Positions 41,369-49,314 of a stretch of DNA of 64,000 nucleotides are shown here, in pieces. Origin of the DNA: Gammaproteobacteria bacterium (lineage in GTDB: Bacteria; Pseudomonadota; Gammaproteobacteria; Eutrophobiales; Eutrophobiaceae). Where the stretch lies: contig OZ244905.1 of the NCBI GenBank assembly GCA_965221695.1, positions 2,701,384-2,765,383 of the forward strand, read 5' to 3'. The stretch's first letter is position 1; each line of letters begins with the position of its first letter. Under the pieces are notes generated by a model. That model did not search any database and had not been told where the DNA came from. It saw only the letters and a list, made by a program, of their open reading frames with translations. The position numbers and the translations under genes are program-made.

Positions 41369-43104
41369 CAGCAATACGAGCATTGATGTTGTGTGCGCTT
41401 CTGGTGTACCTGCCGGCAGGCAACAGCCAGACGACCGGTGATGACGCAGAAGCGCCGGCTGTTTCCTCTGCCACTGCACCCGCTGTGCCTGCTGATACGC
41501 CCGTGACAACGGAGGACCCAGCGCAAATAGCCGCCCCCTCAGCGGATACAGCCACGGCGATTGCCGCGGTTGTGCAGGTTCCCGAACCCGTAGATTTCAG
41601 TGCGGTGCGGCCCCACCTGGTGGTCATAAGAGAAGGGATGGACGCCGCCGCACGTCGCACGCCGGGATTCAGCATCAGCGACCAGGGCCATATCCTGACT
41701 TATTCCGGAGAATTACGCGCCCGGGAGTACTACCTTGTCTCGGTTGCAGGCGGTCAGGTCTTTACTGCTGCGCTGCTTGATGAAGATGAAGACACCGGCC
41801 TCATGCTACTGAGGATCGCAGGAGAAGGGCACGGCCTCACCGCCCTGAAGTTTGCCAGAACGACGCTGGAAGCCGCGGTGCCGCTCTATGCAGTACGGTT
41901 CGACCCGGTGCGGGCGGAGCCGTTCGTGCCCGTTCCCGGCACGGTCACGCGGTTGCCTGCAACGGATGAGGAGACACCGGCAATCGTGCATAATGCCCTG
42001 TTCAATACGGCGGCCGCCGGGACGCCCTTGTTCAACCGTTGTTACCAGGCGGTCGGTGTCAGCGTGCTGCAAAGGAAGGGCTTCCCGCCGAGAACTCTCG
42101 ATCCCCAACAACAGGGTAGCGCCATCTCCCTGGCGGCCTACTCGTTGAGCGTGATCCTGGCGTCGGCCAACCTGACCCTGCCCATCGCTGAGGCGGAGTG
42201 CCAGAGTGCGGAGGAGGAGGCGCGACTGCGGCTGGAACAACTTCAGCAGGAAAAAGAGGCGGAGCGGGCAAATGCCGAAGCCCTGGCCCTTGCCGCCGCG
42301 GAGGAAGCGCTGCGCAGGGAGGCGGTAATGAACCTGGAGCGGGAAGCAGCGCAACAGCAGCTTGAACAGGCGCGCCAAGAGAAAGAAGCGGCCCTGCAGG
42401 CGGAGCGGGCAAGTGCCGAAGCCGATAAGCGCCGTTTGGAAGAAGAAGCGCAGCAACAACTTGAACAGGCGCAGCAGGAGAAGGAACAGGCCCTGCAGGC
42501 ACAACAGCAGGAGAATGAACAGGCTCTGCAGGTGGAGCGGCAGGAGACCGAACAGGCCCGGCGGGAAGCCCGGCAGGCGACGCATACGGGGAAACAGATC
42601 CTGCTGTTATCGCTAGCGGTCGTCTTCGTCCTGGCGCTGGTCTTCTTCCTGGTCCTGCGCGCCAGGCGTAAACACCTGCAACGCGTGGAACAGGAAAAAC
42701 AGCAGTTCGCCCAGGACCTGGACAGGGCAGAGGCAGACCTGTCAGACGCCTCCGAGAGGGAGCAGCTACGCGCCGGCGCCCCCGACGTGTTTATCGAGGG
42801 TGTCACGCCGCAGAACGAGCGCATCGCCCTGAAAATACCCGGCGCCTCACTGGTCAAACCCTCAGGTGTCACGGTAGGCAGGAGTCCCTCCGAATCCGAG
42901 TTCGTCATCAATCACGAACAGGTCTCCCGCCGCCATTTCCGCCTCATGCTGGTGTCTGGGCAGGTGATGATCGAAGATATGGGCTCGACCAATGGGACCG
43001 TCGTGAACGGCGTGCCCCTCAGTCCCGGCGCCCGGCAGACGCTGGGCGACGGCAGCCGCATGCAGGTCGGGCGCGTGACGATGACGGTGCGGATAGGTCT
43101 CTGA
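41365..43104 (+). CDS. bitopic membrane protein: signal peptide - degenerate trypsin-like (pseudo-protease) periplasmic domain - long coiled-coil - TM - cytoplasmic C-terminal FHA domain
   Basis: Periplasmic part resembles the S1 fold (GHILTYSG..; DTGLMLLRI; AAAGTPLFN in place of GNSGGPL), with the catalytic His and Ser replaced. EQARQEKEAALQAERASAEADKRRLEEEAQQQLEQAQQEKEQALQ heptad region, TM ILLLSLAVVFVLALVFFLVL, then FHA (VGRSPSESEFVINHEQVSRRHFRL..GSTNGTVVNG). Confidence 0.6.
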   Translation: MTAIRALMLCALLVYLPAGNSQTTGDDAEAPAVSSATAPAVPADTPVTTEDPAQIAAPSADTATAIAAVVQVPEPVDFSAVRPHLVVIREGMDAAARRTPGFSISDQGHILTYSGELRAREYYLVSVAGGQVFTAALLDEDEDTGLMLLRIAGEGHGLTALKFARTTLEAAVPLYAVRFDPVRAEPFVPVPGTVTRLPATDEETPAIVHNALFNTAAAGTPLFNRCYQAVGVSVLQRKGFPPRTLDPQQQGSAISLAAYSLSVILASANLTLPIAEAECQSAEEEARLRLEQLQQEKEAERANAEALALAAAEEALRREAVMNLEREAAQQQLEQARQEKEAALQAERASAEADKRRLEEEAQQQLEQAQQEKEQALQAQQQENEQALQVERQETEQARREARQATHTGKQILLLSLAVVFVLALVFFLVLRARRKHLQRVEQEKQQFAQDLDRAEADLSDASEREQLRAGAPDVFIEGVTPQNERIALKIPGASLVKPSGVTVGRSPSESEFVINHEQVSRRHFRLMLVSGQVMIEDMGSTNGTVVNGVPLSPGARQTLGDGSRMQVGRVTMTVRIGL

Positions 43105-43818
43105 ATGAACCGTTCATTGTGGTGCGGTTTGATATTTCTCAGCCTCTGGGGTCTGAGTTACCAGGGTGGCGCGGATATTGATGACCAGGAAGAACATTTC
43201 AGGGAGGAGCAGGGGGCGCAACAGGATCAGGAAGCCGCGCGACGGGAACGCAAGCGTGCCCGACAGGCAGAACAGGAGGCGCTCCGGCAACAGGAAGCGG
43301 CGCGCCAGCGCGTGGTTCAGCAAAATCTGTTCGTAACCTTGCTGGCTCTGTTGACCCTGCTGGCCTTGATACTGGCCTTGAGAAAACCCCGGCAGGCCAT
43401 TGTTTGGGCCGCCGGCCACGCAATCGAACCACTCAGTCGGCGCTTCAAACCGGCAGGGCGCTTGCCCGCGCCGGGCGCAGCCCGCGCCGGGACGGCAAAC
43501 GTCGTACTTACGGGCTTTGACAGCCGGGGCAAACCGGTGAATATCCCGTTGCCGGAGGAGGAACTGGATCGGAAACGGGGCGGTTTCACCCTGGGGCGCC
43601 ATCACCTGCTGGTCGATACGGCGCTGGACGATGACCGGATATCGAAGCGCCATGCCCGGTTCACCCGCAACGGTCACGGCTATTTTATCGAAGACCTCAA
43701 TTCGAGAAACGGCACTGTGATCAACGGTGAGCAACCCTGCGCGCCGTTCAAACCCATGCGAATCAGGCCCGGCGACACGGTGCGGCTAGGCGGCATGGAG
43801 TTGCTCGTATCGGCCTGA
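43105..43818 (+). CDS. bitopic membrane protein: signal peptide - periplasmic coiled-coil - TM - cytoplasmic C-terminal FHA domain
   Basis: N-terminal hydrophobic leader, charged coiled-coil (EQGAQQDQEAARRERKRARQAEQEALRQQEAARQ), TM FVTLLALLTLLALILAL, then FHA (LGRHHLLVDTALDDDRISKRHARF..NSRNGTVING). The start codon abuts the previous stop. Confidence 0.6.
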   Translation: MNRSLWCGLIFLSLWGLSYQGGADIDDQEEHFREEQGAQQDQEAARRERKRARQAEQEALRQQEAARQRVVQQNLFVTLLALLTLLALILALRKPRQAIVWAAGHAIEPLSRRFKPAGRLPAPGAARAGTANVVLTGFDSRGKPVNIPLPEEELDRKRGGFTLGRHHLLVDTALDDDRISKRHARFTRNGHGYFIEDLNSRNGTVINGEQPCAPFKPMRIRPGDTVRLGGMELLVSA

Positions 43819-43831
43819 TTCGGAAGCGCCC

Positions 43832-44635
43832 GTGAGGCTACGCAGCAAGGAGATCAATGTCTTCAACATGTCCGCGCTGGACCTGTTCGCCTCCGCGCTG
43901 GGTGCGTTTATCCTTATTTCCGTGGTCTTGTTTCCCTATTTTCCCAACACCGGCGATTCCCAGGAACGGGTGGACGAGGTCAAGGCGCAACTGGCTGAGG
44001 CCAATGCGCGATTGGAGGAAACCAGCGCCGAACTGGAGCAGGTCCGCGCCCGGTTGAACCCCGCCCTGGAACAAGAACTGCAGGTCGCACGAGAACAACT
44101 CGGCGCGTGCCAGGCCCGACTCCGGGAGGCAGAGGCCGCGCTAAACGCCTGCCAGGTTGAACAGCGAGAAGTTGCATCATTGGATTCCGCGCTGGGCGCC
44201 TGCGAGAACCGCAACCGGCAGATGCAACAGGAACTGCAATCCTGCGAGAATGAATTGCGCAAGAAATTCGTGCTGGTCGTGATCAGCTGGGGCACGCCGG
44301 ACGATATCGACCTGCACGTGATCGATCCGCAAGGCCGGGAGTTCTTCTACGGGCGCAAACACATCCCCGGTTCCCTGGCAAAACTGGAAGAGGACAACAC
44401 CAGAGGTCCCGGCAATGAGATCTGGCTGCACCCGGCCGCGGAGCCGGGCGCCTACGAGGTTTACTACAAATATTACGATGGATCAACCGGCAACGTGCAG
44501 GTGCGCGGCGCGGCGCTGACGCCCCGCGGCAGGACGGAGTTGCCGGACATCACTCTGCGGTACGTGGGTGAGAAGCCCCTGGTGGCAACCATTTTCGTCA
44601 ATGAGGATGGCAACGCTGAGGTGAGGGCATGGTAA
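43832..44635 (+). CDS. ExbD/TolR/MotB-like membrane anchor fused to a coiled-coil and an unknown beta-rich C-terminal domain
   Basis: N-terminus KEINVFNMSALDLFASALGAFILISVVLF matches the TolR/ExbD TM signature (E-I-N-x-x-P/N-x-x-D-V/L), including the conserved protonatable Asp. Followed by a ~110-aa coiled-coil and a ~120-aa domain (..DIDLHVIDPQGREFFYG..GAYEVYYKYYDGSTGN..). Confidence 0.5.
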   Translation: MRLRSKEINVFNMSALDLFASALGAFILISVVLFPYFPNTGDSQERVDEVKAQLAEANARLEETSAELEQVRARLNPALEQELQVAREQLGACQARLREAEAALNACQVEQREVASLDSALGACENRNRQMQQELQSCENELRKKFVLVVISWGTPDDIDLHVIDPQGREFFYGRKHIPGSLAKLEEDNTRGPGNEIWLHPAAEPGAYEVYYKYYDGSTGNVQVRGAALTPRGRTELPDITLRYVGEKPLVATIFVNEDGNAEVRAW

Positions 44636-44661
44636 CGCGGCGGGAGGGGAATTTTCCGCAT

Positions 44662-44693
44662 TGACACGATTTCCCAGGCCCCCTTAGAATACG
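44662..44693 (+). promoter_or_regulatory. putative sigma-70 promoter for the kinase gene, followed by a hairpin
   Basis: ttgaca-N18-tagaat. A ccggtgaca..tgtcaccgg hairpin lies at 44700-44730, inside the 130-bp gap before the kinase start. Confidence 0.35.
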
Positions 44694-44766
44694 GTTTAAC
44701 CGGTGACACAATTTAATTCTGTCACCGGATTTACGGGGCAAACATAACAAACAAAGACGGCCTTCC

Positions 44767-47373
44767 ATGAACTCCGACCACCTGCATGCCCTACCGCCCG
44801 GCACGCGCCTTGAAGAATTTCGGCTGGAGGCGCAGGTGGGCGCCGGCGGGTTCAGCATCACCTATCGGGCCTATGACGAATTACTGGACAAGGTGGTGGC
44901 CGTCAAGGAATACCTGCCGCGGGATTTCGCCACCCGCACCGCCGGCAATACAGTGGCGCCCATATCCGATGCGGACGCCCGGGATTACCAGTGGGGCCTG
45001 ACCCGGTTCCTGGACGAGGCCCGCACGCTGGCCAGGTTCGACCATCCGCATCTCAACAAGGTGCGTCGTTTCTTCGAGGCCAACGGCACGGCCTACATGG
45101 CGCTGGAGCATATCCATGGCGAGACCCTGGCTACCCGGTTAAGCCGCGAGCGGCGCTTGCCGGAAACGGACCTGCTGCGCCTGCTGGAGGAAGTGTTATC
45201 GGGACTTGCTGTGATTCACGAGGCTGGCTACGTGCACCGGGACATCAAACCGGGCAACCTGATGCTGCGCGAGGAAGACGACAGCATAGTGCTGCTGGAC
45301 TTCGGCGCCGCGCGCCAGGCAGTGGGCCAGAGTTCCAAGTCAATCACCAGCATCCTGACACCGGGCTATGCCCCGATAGAGCAGTACGAAAGCAAAGCGG
45401 ACGCCGTCGGACCGTGGAGTGATATCTATGCATTGGGGATGGTGGCGTACAAGTGCATCAGCGGCGCGGGTGACGGGGAGTTGCCCGATGCCGTGACCCG
45501 GGCCCGCTCCCAACGCAAAGGGGGTAAGGACCTGGCGATGGCGGCGGAGGTGGGCCAGAGCAGGTACAGTGCGAAGCTGCTGGCGGCGATAGACTGGGCC
45601 ATCGAGGTGGATGAGGAGTCCCGGCCGCAGGGGGTGGGTGAGTGGAGTGAGGCGCTGGTGGGGAGCGGGAGCAAGCAACGAGCCGCCAAACCGGCGCCTA
45701 ATACAACGGCACGGTCTGCAAAGGCTCCGGCCACCGAGCGCCAGGGTATGAATTGGTACAGCATGGCCCTGACCGCGGTGATAGTGGTGTTACTGGGAGC
45801 GAGCGCCTGGCAGGGCTGGCGGCTGTATCAGGGGATGCCCGGGCTTGGCGTAGACGGCGCCGCCACGGCAGTTGAGTCGCAGGCAAACGCACAGGGCAAA
45901 GCAGAGTTAGCAGCAGAACCCTATGCACAAACACCAACGGTAACGCCAGAACAAGGCTCCGGGCCTGACGCGCCCACACTGGCCGCGCCGGTTGAGGAAG
46001 ACGAAGTCGCCCGGCTGCTGGCTGCAGCCGAAGCCGACTTGGAGGCAAGACGCCTGACCAGTCCGCAGGGGAACAACGCCTGGGAGAAGTACCGGCGGGT
46101 ATTGGGTTTATCCTCCGCGCACCCCGAGGCCATAGCGGGGATGGAGCGGGTGATCGGGAGTTACATGGACCTGTTCGGCGCTGTTCTGGAGCAGGAGGAT
46201 TTTGACCAGGCGGAGGGGTATCTCTCACGCATCCGCGACCTGCACCCGGATTCGCCACTCTTGTTGACGGGGAAAGAACGTTTGGAACAAGCCCGGCAGG
46301 CTCATGTCGAGCGGTTGGCGGAAGAAGAGCGCCTGCGCCAGGCCGAGGAAGCGGCGCGCCAGGCGGAACAGGAGCGCCAGCGAATAGCACAGGAAATCGA
46401 GAGACACTGGCAGTCCTTTGAGACGGCAATGCAGCAAGACAAATTGGACCGGGCGGAAGACAGTCTCAACCTCGTGCGGGAGTTGGACTCGGACGCGCCG
46501 GGGTTAGCGGATGCGGAACGACGCCTGTCACAGGCGCGGGAAGCATCCCGGCAGAAGGCGCTGCAGTATGCCGGTGAGATGGTCTCCATCCCTGCCGGCA
46601 GTTTCCGCATGGGGGACCTGACAGGCGCTGACGCTGAGAAACCGGTCCACAGTGTGCGAGTCGCGGCCTTCAGCATGGGCAAGTATGAGGTAACGGTGGG
46701 CCAGTTCCAGCGGTTTGTGGAGGCGACGGGGTACCTCACGGATGCGGAGCGTTATACGGACGGCAAAGCAGGTTGTTCTGTCTATACAACAAAAAGATGG
46801 AAGTACACCGAGGGCAAGAGTTGGCGCAATCCGGGGTTTTCAGTCGGAGACAAGCACCCGGTGGTGTGCGTGAACTGGAATGATGTGCAGGCGTTCGTGA
46901 AGTGGCTGAACGGCAATACCGATGGGGATTTCCGCTTGCCGACCGAGGCGGAGTGGGAGTATGCGGTGCGCGCCGGGAGCAGTACGAAGTATCATTTCGG
47001 CAATGATGAGTCACAACTGTGCCGGTTTGCCAGCCATGCGGACAGCGGGACGGATATTGATTGGAAAAACAAGTCCTGCTCGGACGGTGTGGGCGAACGC
47101 ACCGCCGAAGTGGGCCGTTACCAGCCGAACAGTTTCGGGCTGTATGACATGCACGGCAATGTCTGGGAGTGGGTGACAGATTGCTGGAATGAGAGTTATG
47201 TGGGCGCCCCGACAGACGGTAGCGCCTGGACGAATGGGGACTGCAGCCGGCGCGTCATTCGGGGCGGGGCCTGGGACAGCTCACCGTGGAACCTGCGTTC
47301 CGCGCACCGTTACGGGAGCTCCCGTTCGAATCACAGCTCTTATCTGGGCTTTCGCTTGGCCCGGGACAACTGA
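44767..47373 (+). CDS. transmembrane Ser/Thr protein kinase with periplasmic coiled-coil region and C-terminal FGE/SUMF1 (formylglycine-generating enzyme-like) domain
   Basis: Hanks kinase motifs (VAVKEY; HRDIKPGNLML; LLDFGAAR; TPGYAPIEQ), TM ALTAVIVVLLGASAW and the FGE-sulfatase fold signature (MGKYEVTVGQFQRFV; FRLPTEAEWEYAVRAG; YDMHGNVWEWVTDCW; RVIRGGAWDS). Confidence 0.85.
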   Translation: MNSDHLHALPPGTRLEEFRLEAQVGAGGFSITYRAYDELLDKVVAVKEYLPRDFATRTAGNTVAPISDADARDYQWGLTRFLDEARTLARFDHPHLNKVRRFFEANGTAYMALEHIHGETLATRLSRERRLPETDLLRLLEEVLSGLAVIHEAGYVHRDIKPGNLMLREEDDSIVLLDFGAARQAVGQSSKSITSILTPGYAPIEQYESKADAVGPWSDIYALGMVAYKCISGAGDGELPDAVTRARSQRKGGKDLAMAAEVGQSRYSAKLLAAIDWAIEVDEESRPQGVGEWSEALVGSGSKQRAAKPAPNTTARSAKAPATERQGMNWYSMALTAVIVVLLGASAWQGWRLYQGMPGLGVDGAATAVESQANAQGKAELAAEPYAQTPTVTPEQGSGPDAPTLAAPVEEDEVARLLAAAEADLEARRLTSPQGNNAWEKYRRVLGLSSAHPEAIAGMERVIGSYMDLFGAVLEQEDFDQAEGYLSRIRDLHPDSPLLLTGKERLEQARQAHVERLAEEERLRQAEEAARQAEQERQRIAQEIERHWQSFETAMQQDKLDRAEDSLNLVRELDSDAPGLADAERRLSQAREASRQKALQYAGEMVSIPAGSFRMGDLTGADAEKPVHSVRVAAFSMGKYEVTVGQFQRFVEATGYLTDAERYTDGKAGCSVYTTKRWKYTEGKSWRNPGFSVGDKHPVVCVNWNDVQAFVKWLNGNTDGDFRLPTEAEWEYAVRAGSSTKYHFGNDESQLCRFASHADSGTDIDWKNKSCSDGVGERTAEVGRYQPNSFGLYDMHGNVWEWVTDCWNESYVGAPTDGSAWTNGDCSRRVIRGGAWDSSPWNLRSAHRYGSSRSNHSSYLGFRLARDN

Positions 47374-47463
47374 AACGAAGGCATTATAAAGACTCTATAC
47401 ACAGGACTATCCGGCTGGATTCCCTTTTCCCCTTCTATCTCATCGGCAATCGCCTGGCGAACT

Positions 47464-49089
47464 TCACCGCATCGATTTTTGCAGTACCGAGAAGTTTCTT
47501 ACCCAAGGCTCTAGTTTGCGTATTTCATCGGGCAAATCATCTATAGCTCTTTCGGCAAGCTCATAGTCATGGTACAGACCATAAAACACGCGATAGTAAG
47601 TTATCTGCTCGATCTCGATCCTGATATAGGCAATCTGCTGTGTCAGGTTATTCTGTTTGAGGAAATTTAGCACACGTTCTTCACTGGAAAAGCTGGCCAG
47701 TTGCAAAGTGTAGTGATACGGAGATTGTGCGGCGACCCAGTCTTCCCGCCTGATAGCGGTCTCACCGGCGTCAGAGGCATCCTCGCCAGCCAACTCATCT
47801 TCATCGGAAATGACCTCGCTGGTGGTCGCAACCAGATCGGAAATGGCCTCTGGTACAGCCGCAATGTATTCCGCTGTCGCTGGTACAGGGCTGGTGTCCG
47901 CGGTCTCTGCAACAGTCTCCGGCGTTTCCTCCTCCGCGGCGTTCAGCGCGATCTCGGCGGTGTCCTCATCCGTCTGAGCAGCTACGATGGTCGGCGTTTC
48001 TTCGACAGCAGGCGCTGTGTCTTCTGCTTCAGTTGCCTCAGCAGCAGTTTGAGCAAGGCTGGTCTCCGCGGTCTCTGCAACGATCTCCGGCGCTTCCTTC
48101 TCCGCATCGAACAGTGCGGTCTCGGCTGTGTCTTCGTCCGACTGAGCGGCTATGGTCGGCGCTTCCTCCTGCGTGACGCTCAGTGCGGTCTCGGCAGCGT
48201 CCTCATCCGGCTGAGCAGCTATAATCGGTGTTTCCTCGACGGCAGGTACCGTATCTTCTTCAGTTGCCTGCGCAAAGGGTTCTGTTGTTTCCTGCATTGC
48301 AGGCGCTTGCGATACGGTCGTGTCCTCTTCAATATCGACATAAGCAAGTCTTTGTAAGCTTTCTTCTGCCTGTTGCAGACCCCCGGCGGCCGCGCGTTGA
48401 TACCATTTTTTCGCCTCCACCAGGTCCTTTTCTACCGCGTAACCATTTTCATAGTACACGCCCATGTTGAATTGCGCCTGTGGGACATCGGCGTCAGCGG
48501 CTTTTCTGAACCAGAGTAGCGCTACATCATAGTCCTGGTCGACGCTGTAACCGAAGGCGTACATGACAGCCAGGCTGTATTGCGCATTTCCGTTTCCCTG
48601 CTCTGCTGCTTGGCGGAAAAGCCGGGTGGCTGTTTCATAATCCCGGGTAATCTGCTCACTGCCGTTGAAGTACAAAAGGCCAAGGTTGAACAGCGCATCC
48701 GATTGCCCGGCCGCCGCGGCCAGCTTCCACCATTGCATGACTTTAGACGGGTCTTTTGTGACACCATCACCGTGCAAGTACTTGACGCCGAGCTCGAATT
48801 GGGCGTCGGGGTGCCCTTGATCCGCCGCAAGCAAGTACCATTTTACTGCTTCGGCAGAATCTGCGTTAACGCCATGGCCATAGTCATACATGAGGCCAAG
48901 CATTCTTTGCGCATCCGAGTTGCCGTCCTCAGCCAGTGGTTGCAGTATTTCGTAGGCTTTTTCGTAGTCTTTGGCCAGGTAGGCCTGTCTCGCCGTTTCA
49001 AAAGATTGCGCCAGCACAGGGCCGGAAAATACCAACCCCAATAACAGGAAAGGAATTAACTTGGTCAGCATAAACCGTATCTTTGACAT
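47464..49089 (-). CDS. secreted Sel1-repeat (SLR) protein with acidic tandem-repeat linker and C-terminal SPOR (septal peptidoglycan-binding) domain
   Basis: Signal peptide, then >=6 Sel1-like repeats (A..W..AA.QG...AQ..LG.MY..G.GV..D), a D/E/T/A-rich repetitive region and a C-terminal SPOR-like fold (YTLQLASFSSEERVLNFLKQNNL...YYRVFYGLYHDYELAERA). Confidence 0.65.
   Translation of the reverse strand: MSKIRFMLTKLIPFLLLGLVFSGPVLAQSFETARQAYLAKDYEKAYEILQPLAEDGNSDAQRMLGLMYDYGHGVNADSAEAVKWYLLAADQGHPDAQFELGVKYLHGDGVTKDPSKVMQWWKLAAAAGQSDALFNLGLLYFNGSEQITRDYETATRLFRQAAEQGNGNAQYSLAVMYAFGYSVDQDYDVALLWFRKAADADVPQAQFNMGVYYENGYAVEKDLVEAKKWYQRAAAGGLQQAEESLQRLAYVDIEEDTTVSQAPAMQETTEPFAQATEEDTVPAVEETPIIAAQPDEDAAETALSVTQEEAPTIAAQSDEDTAETALFDAEKEAPEIVAETAETSLAQTAAEATEAEDTAPAVEETPTIVAAQTDEDTAEIALNAAEEETPETVAETADTSPVPATAEYIAAVPEAISDLVATTSEVISDEDELAGEDASDAGETAIRREDWVAAQSPYHYTLQLASFSSEERVLNFLKQNNLTQQIAYIRIEIEQITYYRVFYGLYHDYELAERAIDDLPDEIRKLEPWVRNFSVLQKSMR
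47890..48280. repeat. intragenic imperfect tandem DNA repeats (~170-215 bp units with sub-repeats) encoding the acidic linker of the Sel1-SPOR protein
   Basis: Recurring gcggtctcggc(a/t)g(c/t)gtcctcatccg(g/t)ctgagcagcta..atggtcggcg(c/t)ttc blocks. Translated repeats are DEDTAETAL..EAPEIVAETAETS. Confidence 0.6.
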
Positions 49090-49261
49090 TGTTTATCTCA
49101 CAGTCATTCTACCTGCTTCACCATTATGGCAAGGATTTTATAACACGCTACAACAGGTGAATACGTTGCATAGCATATCATTTCTTAGAATAAATGACAC
49201 TCTCGTCAGGACTGAAAAATATTCAATCCGTTGAATACCTGACAGCCTCCAAACTCAAATA

Positions 49262-49313
49262 CTGGGAGCGCGGGCGTTCCGCCCGCAGGCAGGCGAGACG
49301 CCCGCGCTCCCAG
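49262..49313 (-). terminator. strong hairpin immediately downstream of the minus-strand enolase-superfamily gene
   Basis: ctgggagcgcgggcg ... cgcccgcgctcccag, perfect 15-bp stem. A T-rich run follows on the minus strand (tatttgagttt). Confidence 0.5.
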
Positions 49314-49314
49314 G

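Noticed and set aside
38277-47373. Interpretation of the FHA/kinase/PP2C genes as the T6SS threonine-phosphorylation pathway (PpkA/PppA/Fha)
   Set aside because: No tssA-M, hcp, vgrG or clpV genes occur anywhere in the 64 kb window. The kinase has an FGE rather than a vWA periplasmic domain, and the MotA/ExbD-like genes are not T6SS components.
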